A stretch of DNA of 64,000 nucleotides from a virus. Position numbers and translations under genes: made by a program. Shown here one piece after another: positions 57,021 to 64,000 of this stretch. The notes beneath the pieces were generated by a model. It made no database searches. It saw only the letters and a list, made by a program, of their open reading frames with translations, and was not told the DNA's origin. Where the stretch lies: IMG/VR virus record IMGVR_UViG_3300032238_000599, positions 1 through 64,000 of that record, one strand, 5' to 3'. Position 1 is the stretch's first letter; each line of letters starts with the position of its first letter.

Positions 57021-58184
57021 ATGTCAGAACTACTACACGGTCGCTGGACAGAAACTAAAGAAGCCCTATTAGAAGGCTTACAAGGCACAAAAAAATCAGT
57101 AATGGGTGTCGCTCTAGAAAATACTCGTAAGTATCTTTTAGAAAGCCCAACTGCAGGTGCTACTTCTGCCGGCAACGTTGCAACATTAAATCGCGTGATT
57201 CTTCCAGTAATCCGTCGCGTTATGCCAACCGTTATTGCTAACGAGTTAGTTGGTGTACAACCAATGACTGGACCTGTGGGTCAAATCCACACACTACGTG
57301 TTCGTTATGCAGATAACGGTGACAACGTGGTAGCAGGTGAAGAGGCATTAAGCCCATTCAAGATTGCTGAGGCTTATTCTGGTAATAACAACCAGAGCAA
57401 TCCAAAGGCTGCTTCAACAGCAACTCTTGAAGGCGCCGCTGGTAAGCGTATGTCTATTCAAATCTTGAAACAAACAGTTGAAGCTAAAACTCGTAAATTG
57501 TCTGCTCGTTGGACATTTGAGGCTGCTCAAGACGCACAAGCCCAACAAGGTATTGACGTTGAAGCAGAAGTTATGGCTGCTCTTGCTCAAGAAATTACTG
57601 CTGAAATCGACCAAGAAATTCTAAATAGTCTAAGCGTTCTAGCTGGTTCAGCTGTTGAAACTTATGACCAGACTCAAGTTTCTGGTACAGCAACATTCGT
57701 TGGTGACGAACACGCCGCTTTAGCTGTTCAGATCAATCGCGTAAGCAACTTGATCGCTCAGCGTACACGTCGTGGTGCTGGTAACTGGTGTGTGGTTTCT
57801 CCATACACATTAACAGTTCTACAAAGTGCTACAACTTCTGCGTTCGCAAGAACAACAGAAGGTACATTTGAAGCTCCTACAAACACTAAGTTTGTTGGTA
57901 CATTGAATGGCGCGATGAAAGTATATGTTAACACATATGCAAACGACAGCACACCAGTGTTGATCGGTTATAAGGGTGCATCAGAGAGCGATGCGGCAGC
58001 ATTCTATTGCCCATACATTCCTCTAATGAGCTCTGGTGTTGTGTTAGATCCATCAACATTTGAACCAGTCGTATCATTCATGACACGTTATGGTTATGTT
58101 GAACTAAGCAACACAGCTTCTTCTCTAGGTAATGCGGCTGACTACCTAGGTAAAGTTAACGTACAAGGCGTAAGCTTCAAGTAA
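57021..58184 (+). CDS. gp23: major capsid protein (T4 gp23-like)
   Basis: RRVMP...GVQPMTGP.GQI, A.TRKL.A.WT.E..QD, FYCPYIPL, F.P...FMTRYG. Confidence 0.96.
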   Translation: MSELLHGRWTETKEALLEGLQGTKKSVMGVALENTRKYLLESPTAGATSAGNVATLNRVILPVIRRVMPTVIANELVGVQPMTGPVGQIHTLRVRYADNGDNVVAGEEALSPFKIAEAYSGNNNQSNPKAASTATLEGAAGKRMSIQILKQTVEAKTRKLSARWTFEAAQDAQAQQGIDVEAEVMAALAQEITAEIDQEILNSLSVLAGSAVETYDQTQVSGTATFVGDEHAALAVQINRVSNLIAQRTRRGAGNWCVVSPYTLTVLQSATTSAFARTTEGTFEAPTNTKFVGTLNGAMKVYVNTYANDSTPVLIGYKGASESDAAAFYCPYIPLMSSGVVLDPSTFEPVVSFMTRYGYVELSNTASSLGNAADYLGKVNVQGVSFK

Positions 58185-58214
58185 TTAACTTTAGAGGTTG
58201 TTTTAAACCACAGC

Positions 58215-58239
58215 AAAGGGCTCTTCGGAGCCCTTTTTT
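58215..58239 (+). terminator. intrinsic terminator with cUUCGg tetraloop
   Basis: AAAGGGCTC-TTCG-GAGCCCTTTTTT after the capsid gene. Confidence 0.92.
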
Positions 58240-58247
58240 ATTCTCAG

Positions 58248-58254
58248 CTAAATA
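58248..58254 (+). promoter_or_regulatory. late promoter CTAAATA
   Basis: TAAATA core immediately after the terminator. Confidence 0.55.
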
Positions 58255-58262
58255 CATAGTAC

Positions 58263-58336
58263 GATCTACATGCCGTAGATTTTATGCGGAAATCCAACCG
58301 CGTATGGCCTAGAACGCCAACTTTCTTAAGGAGAAA
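58263..58336 (+). promoter_or_regulatory. structured 5' leader (candidate cis-regulatory RNA)
   Basis: Three consecutive hairpins before the AAGGAG SD. Confidence 0.5.
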
Positions 58337-58341
58337 ACAAA

Positions 58342-59319
58342 ATGGGACGTCCTTTAAACAAAAAATATTTTGGTAACCGAAACATCGGTACCAACGGCTA
58401 TGTAACAGACAATAGCCCAAACGCTAATACACCAGAAGGTGATGATAAGATTGGTGGTGAAGGTATTGAATCTTACACACTACCAGTACAACTAGGTAGT
58501 ATCGAAGTTGATAGTAATAGCGGTCAACCAACATTAACAATTCCAGCACCGCAGATACCAGGCGGTGTACAAGCTACAGCTACAGTAGTTTGGGAAGTTG
58601 CAAGCATTACCATTAAAAATACAAATGACTATGGTACAAGCTATGTTAATGGCGAAACTGTAACATTTACAGGTGCTACTGGTGTAACTGCTACTGTTGC
58701 AGTTGCCGCAGACGACATTGGAGTTATTACCCCAGTTCTCCGCGGATCATTTACTACAATTCCATCGAGCGAATCATATAATATCATTGGCGCTGTAGGT
58801 AACGACGCACAAGCAGAAATTACTTGGCGTGTTAAATCTATTACTAAATTACAAAGAGGTTCAGGTTATACTACAGCTCCAACACTATCGTGGGCCGCTG
58901 GATTAGCTGGCGCAATTTCTGGAACAAGTCCAGGAGCTCCAACTGCGGTATTAACTGTTGATACAGGTGCAGTTGGTTCATCTACTAATCAAGAAAACGC
59001 AATTATTATTCGTGCTAACACTACTGATGATGGCACAAAAGTTGGCGATATTACTAAACAAACTAACACACGTAGCTACAAAGTTAAAACAGCAGACGGC
59101 ACAGCAGTTTGTAAACTAGTTGCAGACTCAACTCCAGGTTTTCAAGAAGCATATATTGTTGCTACTTCTGCATCGGGTGCTACATATTATGTTACTAAGC
59201 TAACAGGCCACAAAGCAACACTAGTAACAAAAACTGGTGACGGAGCATTAAATGGTAAAGCCGCTCCATGGACATTTAACTCAACAGCTAACGGTCGAGT
59301 AATCATCGAAAACGCATAA
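58342..59319 (+). CDS. virion structural protein (possible head decoration)
   Basis: Strong SD, follows the capsid gene, MGRPL N-terminus, T/G-rich. Confidence 0.65.
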   Translation: MGRPLNKKYFGNRNIGTNGYVTDNSPNANTPEGDDKIGGEGIESYTLPVQLGSIEVDSNSGQPTLTIPAPQIPGGVQATATVVWEVASITIKNTNDYGTSYVNGETVTFTGATGVTATVAVAADDIGVITPVLRGSFTTIPSSESYNIIGAVGNDAQAEITWRVKSITKLQRGSGYTTAPTLSWAAGLAGAISGTSPGAPTAVLTVDTGAVGSSTNQENAIIIRANTTDDGTKVGDITKQTNTRSYKVKTADGTAVCKLVADSTPGFQEAYIVATSASGATYYVTKLTGHKATLVTKTGDGALNGKAAPWTFNSTANGRVIIENA

Positions 59320-59328
59320 GGATAAATT

Positions 59329-60435
59329 ATGGGACGCCCACTAAGCAGGCAACAATTTTTTGGTGCCAATGAAAAAAACAATATTAAAGTACAATTCTTT
59401 AATGGTACTGCTAGTGTCCCAGGATTTATTGTAAAGCAAACAGGTTCTAAACGTTTTATCTGTCAAGATGCAGATGGAATTAGAAGAACTTGTTTGTTAG
59501 TTGATAAAAATTCTGCAGACCTAGGGTACAAAGAAATGACTATTACAGTCAAGTATGACAACGGTGATGTTGACCAAGTTACTAAGATTTCAAGACACGT
59601 AGTAACAGTAACTGGTACACGTCAACCTTGGACATTTGATCCAAGTAATACAGATGGTCGTGTACAAATTGAAGAAGCTGGTACCGATGATCAGTTAACT
59701 GATGCTACAGACTTGGAAGGTGATGGGTTTAGCACATTAGCAGACTATCCAACACCAGGATCAGGTGATTTAACATCAGTTGCTGATGCAATCGGTACTG
59801 TTACATTCCAAGCAGGATTTGAAACTAACGAGCCAGGCTTTAGCAAGACAAATTCACAAGTTGCTGGTTATGGCACAGGTCTACGTCGTCAGAAATATGA
59901 CGGCAACTTCTCGACAAGCGGCAACATGTCCAGCTATTCAAATTGGGACTTCACGTTCTTCTCAGGTCAGACTGTTCCACCTCTTGGCGAAATATTTGAC
60001 TCAACAATCAACTTTGGTGATCAAGAAGACTTACCTATCCCAGGCGGTAATCACTTTAGTTTGCAATGGGTTGGATATATCAAAGCCCCGGCGGCAGGTG
60101 ACTATAACTTCTATGCTAGTTCAGATGACCAAGTTGGACTGTGGATAGGCAGTGGAGCTCTTGATATCGCAGGAGGTACCGGCACTTCAGGAACCCAATT
60201 TATTTTAGGCAGTGCAGGACTAGCATTAGGTCCAGGTGCGCCTATTATTGGTGGTGAGAATTGGGGTAATTATACAGTCACTATGCAAGCAGACACTTGG
60301 TATCCAGTTGTAATTTGGTTCGGTGAGTTTGGTGGAAATTGCACATGCGAAATATTTGCTATAGAATCTGCCGGAGCTAAACTTGCAATGGGAGACTTTG
60401 CGTTCAAATATAATCCAGGCTCTATAGGTTTGTAA
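59329..60435 (+). CDS. virion protein paralogous to 58342-59319, with C-terminal PA14/GLEYA-like domain
   Basis: MGRPL...KQTG.KRF...VTKI...PWTF core, plus FSLQWVGYIKAP..GDYNFYASSDD PA14-type motif. Confidence 0.7.
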   Translation: MGRPLSRQQFFGANEKNNIKVQFFNGTASVPGFIVKQTGSKRFICQDADGIRRTCLLVDKNSADLGYKEMTITVKYDNGDVDQVTKISRHVVTVTGTRQPWTFDPSNTDGRVQIEEAGTDDQLTDATDLEGDGFSTLADYPTPGSGDLTSVADAIGTVTFQAGFETNEPGFSKTNSQVAGYGTGLRRQKYDGNFSTSGNMSSYSNWDFTFFSGQTVPPLGEIFDSTINFGDQEDLPIPGGNHFSLQWVGYIKAPAAGDYNFYASSDDQVGLWIGSGALDIAGGTGTSGTQFILGSAGLALGPGAPIIGGENWGNYTVTMQADTWYPVVIWFGEFGGNCTCEIFAIESAGAKLAMGDFAFKYNPGSIGL

Positions 60436-60449
60436 AATAGGAACAGTAC

Positions 60450-61394
60450 ATGTCACAGAAGATAGTTAAAGTAAGTAACGGTGATTATACTCTTTCGGTG
60501 CAAACTGGAGGTAATATCACTTTGGATACAGGAGCCAGAGTTGGTCTAACAACTATTACTGGTAATTTAGATGTTCAAGGAACTGTTACTTACATTGAGT
60601 CTACAAATACTAGCATTAATGATAATATTATTCTATTAAATCAACAAGAAACAAACTCTTATGTTTCTTTACAATACTCTGGTATTGAAATTAGTAGAGG
60701 AACAAATAATACATACGGTAATGTTAGAATTGTATACGACGAAAAAACAAATATCAATGGTGACGGTACTATTGCATTAAAATATACAATTGGAGGAACA
60801 TACGTTCCTCTTGAAACAAACAAAATTACCAGCTACGGAGATTTAATTTTATTTCCGGGAACTACAACAGGCGTTGTTACAGTTGACGGAACAACAAATT
60901 ATGAATCTCGAGTGACTACTAACACTACGCTAACTAACAAAAAATATGTTGACGACTATGTAGCTGTTTATTTTGCCACACACTTTCCAAATCAAATTCA
61001 AGATTTGAACACTAGAGTAACAGTTCGAGATTTTGCCACTACAGGACTACCAAGTGAAATTGGTTTCGTTCTTGATAACACACAAAAAGCAAAAGTTAAC
61101 TCTTTTGGAATTACTGTAGATGGCACTATAAATTTAAACGGCAGTAGTTTATCTAATTTAGATCTTACTAGCAATTTAATTTTAGCATCGGAAAATGGAA
61201 CAATTGAAGTAGATGGAGTTTTGCAATTAGACGACACTACCGGACCTACAGCAGTTGCCGGTTCAACAAAGATATATACACTAAATTCAAGTTCTCCAGG
61301 ACCAGGAGACACTGGTATATACTTTACAAGCTACGGTAACTCGGACGAACTTATAGCTAGAAATAGAGCGTTGCTTTGGTCTATGTTATTTTAA
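60450..61394 (+). CDS. virion structural protein
   Basis: ITGNLDVQGTVT...DNIILLN and NKKYVDD fibre-type motifs. Confidence 0.65.
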   Translation: MSQKIVKVSNGDYTLSVQTGGNITLDTGARVGLTTITGNLDVQGTVTYIESTNTSINDNIILLNQQETNSYVSLQYSGIEISRGTNNTYGNVRIVYDEKTNINGDGTIALKYTIGGTYVPLETNKITSYGDLILFPGTTTGVVTVDGTTNYESRVTTNTTLTNKKYVDDYVAVYFATHFPNQIQDLNTRVTVRDFATTGLPSEIGFVLDNTQKAKVNSFGITVDGTINLNGSSLSNLDLTSNLILASENGTIEVDGVLQLDDTTGPTAVAGSTKIYTLNSSSPGPGDTGIYFTSYGNSDELIARNRALLWSMLF

Positions 61395-61403
61395 GGAAAA
61401 ATT

Positions 61404-61733
61404 ATGTCAATTCGAAACGCATCAGTTGGAACTTCAATCGGACAAGTGTACGCAAGCACCAACCAGACTGCTATTACTACTTTAGTATTTTGCAATACTA
61501 GTGCTTACAATGCATCTAGTCCTACCGCAAACACTTCAAACTTAACAGTTTATGCTGTACCAAGCGGACAAGCCGCGGGTACTAGTAACATGGTAGTTAA
61601 TGCTCTACCAATTCCAGCAGGCGAAACATTTACATTTGACACTGAAAAAATGGTGTTAGATAACAATGATGCAATTTACGCAGTTGCTACAGTTGCAAAT
61701 ATTACTGCTACAATTTCTTACATGAGTGTATAA
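61404..61733 (+). CDS. small virion structural protein
   Basis: 109 aa, beta-rich, AAGGA SD. Confidence 0.65.
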   Translation: MSIRNASVGTSIGQVYASTNQTAITTLVFCNTSAYNASSPTANTSNLTVYAVPSGQAAGTSNMVVNALPIPAGETFTFDTEKMVLDNNDAIYAVATVANITATISYMSV

Positions 61734-62530
61734 TGAGATTTTTAAAACGAACCACCGTTAATCCAAGAGATCCTCGAGATGCAAGGATGTATGTCGATGT
61801 GACCAGCAACGTGGTTATGACTGGAAGAGCCAGTTTACAACTTCCAAAAGGTTCAACTAGCGATCGACCAGTTGCCGCTATTCCTACATCGTTAGGAGCA
61901 ACTCCCGGTGTTGCTGATATGAACGGAATGATTCGTTATAATACTACTACTGATGAGGTAGAAGTATATCAATCAGGGACTTGGAGAGCTCTACGTTTTA
62001 AAGAAGCTTCGGGTATTACACAACAACTTATCGGTACAGGTAATGGCGCTACTACATATTTTGGTGTATTAAATCCGGCTCCTCCGGCTACAGTTCAAAG
62101 CGGTTTTTCTTGGGGCGCACAAAATATTATTGTGTTAATTGAAAACGTAGTACAAATTAGTACAACTAATTATGATGTTGTACAAAATCCTACACCAACA
62201 CTAACAGCCACAGGTACTAATCTATCTGGCGCAACAACTATTAATGTTACTCCAACAAATAATGCGGCAACAAATTTTACTAACACACTACCAAACATTA
62301 AAGCTGGAGCAACTGTTACTGCTACAGTTTTAGGAAGTCCAGCATTTGCCGCAAATACAACAGTACAAACTGTTGGAACTAGTAGTTTTACAATTAACAA
62401 TGCTACGCTACAAGCAATTCCTCCAGGAACAACAATTACTATAACTTTACCTTCAGGGTATTACGTTAACTTTACATCACCGGCAACACTCAGCAAATCT
62501 ATTACAGTACTACACGGTTTTGACAAGTAA
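61733..62530 (+). CDS. virion structural protein
   Basis: LPKGST..RP...GMIRYNTT...EVY..G.W module typical of phage fibres. Confidence 0.65.
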   Translation: MRFLKRTTVNPRDPRDARMYVDVTSNVVMTGRASLQLPKGSTSDRPVAAIPTSLGATPGVADMNGMIRYNTTTDEVEVYQSGTWRALRFKEASGITQQLIGTGNGATTYFGVLNPAPPATVQSGFSWGAQNIIVLIENVVQISTTNYDVVQNPTPTLTATGTNLSGATTINVTPTNNAATNFTNTLPNIKAGATVTATVLGSPAFAANTTVQTVGTSSFTINNATLQAIPPGTTITITLPSGYYVNFTSPATLSKSITVLHGFDK

Positions 62531-62565
62531 CTAGCTCTCCATAAATACTATATATGGAGCGATAA

Positions 62566-64000
62566 ATGCCAGAAATAGGAAAAATCTCAGGACAACTACT
62601 AGCAGATGATCTTGCAAGAGACGGCTGGAACTTATCGTTCGACTCAGATTTATTATACCTAGATGTTCGTAACCGACGCATTGGTGCAAAGAACACTGGA
62701 CCTACTGAAGCTTTCTTAGTATCCGGCGACATTAAAACTACTGACTTGTTAGTAGACACAAGAGCAGATATAGCAGATACTGCTTGGTATAGTAATACTA
62801 TTCAAAATGCTACCGGTGGCCTTGTTTTAACAGCTACTGGACTGAATCCTATAGTGTATGCTACTGGATGGAGAACAGGTTCCGAGGCAAGTCCACAACT
62901 TGATGTTCGCTCAAATAATATTACAAACTTAGTATCCGGGCAAGATATTAATTTGTTGCCGACTGGTACAGGTAAAGTAATTGTTAATAGTAGTGTAGAT
63001 ATTTTTGGTAACTTACACGCCACGGGAAATATTACATTTACCGGTGATTCAATTACTATTGGTGACAATGATTCTGATAGCGTTGATTTTAAAGCTGACA
63101 TTGCTTCTAATATTAGGCCAGATGTAACTGAAACAAACAGTTTAGGTACAAGCAACAATCGCTGGTTAAATTTATACACAAAAAACATTACAGCACCGAC
63201 AATAAATGCTGGTCCTAATTTATATGAAGGAACTATTAATTTAGGATTACGTCAAGGTAAAAGTTGGTATGTCAGCGTAAATGGCAACGACACTAATGAC
63301 GGCAATCATCAAAGCGGACCGTTTTTAACAATCACTAGAGCACTATTAGCCGCACAAGCTAACGATACTATTTTTATATTTCCCGGAACTTATACTGAAG
63401 TTACTCCAATGACTATTCCATCCGGAGTAAGTGTTAAAGGATTAGATATACGAACTGTTATTATTCAACCTACTAGTGGCACAAGGAATAAAGATATATT
63501 TTTGTTAAATGGCGAAACTACAGTTGAAGACCTAACAATTCAAAATTTTGAATATGACAACGTGAACAATACTGGGTATGCATTTAAGTTTGCTAATAAT
63601 ATGACCGTGGTTAGTCGTAGCCCTTATATTAGAAATGTTACAATCTTAACGTATGGCAGTTCGGTAAGATTAGCAACAAACCTACCAGAAGATCCAAGAG
63701 GATACCTTGCAGGTGATGCAGGCCGTGCTGCCTACATTGACGGTTCAGTGGTTAACTCCGAAAGTAAAGAAGCTACTATGCTATTTCATTCTTTAACTTG
63801 TATTTGTCCCGGAACAGAAACTGTTGTAATGACTAACGGAGTAAGAGTAGAATGGTTAAATTCTTTTACTTACTTCGCTGAAAAAGGATTATATGCTACA
63901 CAAGGCACACTAGGTTTTGCTAGCCTTGGTGTTAAATTTGGAGCTGAATTAAGATCTATTAATAGTGCCAATGTCTACGGAGATTGGGCCGCATACGGCA
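62566..64000 (+). CDS. large virion protein with pectin-lyase-like beta-helix, 3'-truncated and absent from the ORF track
   Basis: CATAAATA promoter (62540-62547) and GGAG SD. Reads MPEIGKISGQLLADDL...WYVSVNGNDTNDG..SGPFLTITRAL...DTIFIFPGTYTE, and the frame appears open to the window end. Confidence 0.75.
   Translation, partial: MPEIGKISGQLLADDLARDGWNLSFDSDLLYLDVRNRRIGAKNTGPTEAFLVSGDIKTTDLLVDTRADIADTAWYSNTIQNATGGLVLTATGLNPIVYATGWRTGSEASPQLDVRSNNITNLVSGQDINLLPTGTGKVIVNSSVDIFGNLHATGNITFTGDSITIGDNDSDSVDFKADIASNIRPDVTETNSLGTSNNRWLNLYTKNITAPTINAGPNLYEGTINLGLRQGKSWYVSVNGNDTNDGNHQSGPFLTITRALLAAQANDTIFIFPGTYTEVTPMTIPSGVSVKGLDIRTVIIQPTSGTRNKDIFLLNGETTVEDLTIQNFEYDNVNNTGYAFKFANNMTVVSRSPYIRNVTILTYGSSVRLATNLPEDPRGYLAGDAGRAAYIDGSVVNSESKEATMLFHSLTCICPGTETVVMTNGVRVEWLNSFTYFAEKGLYATQGTLGFASLGVKFGAELRSINSANVYGDWAAYG

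Noticed and set aside
1-64000. Stop-codon reassignment, inteins or split core genes
   Set aside because: Standard-code ORFs tile the window. Portal, capsid, gp46, gp47 and ThyX are of ordinary length with no evident intein motifs.

Overview
This 64-kb window is part of a large, AT-rich, T4-like (myovirus, probably jumbo) phage genome in the standard genetic code. Nearly all of it is coding, in four blocks. (i) + strand, 1-7008: 3' part of an RNase H/5'-3' exonuclease, small hypotheticals, a MoxR AAA+ ATPase and VWA/metallopeptidase pair under consensus sigma70 promoters, a methyltransferase-like gene and thyX. (ii) - strand, 6965-42851: a late operon of baseplate genes (gp53-, gp5-, gp25-, gp6-like and a 4476-aa giant), tail fibres and four glycosyltransferase-like genes. 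(iii) + strand, 42931-48685: gp55-like late sigma factor, gp47/gp46, a small basic protein, a catalytic-domain-only GIY-YIG nuclease, about 430 nt of GC-enriched, densely base-paired non-coding sequence, and a probable internal virion protein. (iv) 48682-64000: a gp26/gp51-like pair with a -1 slippery site, then tape measure, portal, head assembly genes, major capsid protein and further virion proteins. The best candidate for an undescribed system is the GIY-YIG nuclease plus large structured ncRNA module (46533-47650). Other notable signals are a G/GT-type frameshift, recurring hairpins that couple TAAATA late promoters to ribosome-binding sites, and a structured leader after the capsid terminator. 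All annotations come from reading motifs and gene order by eye; no searches were run.
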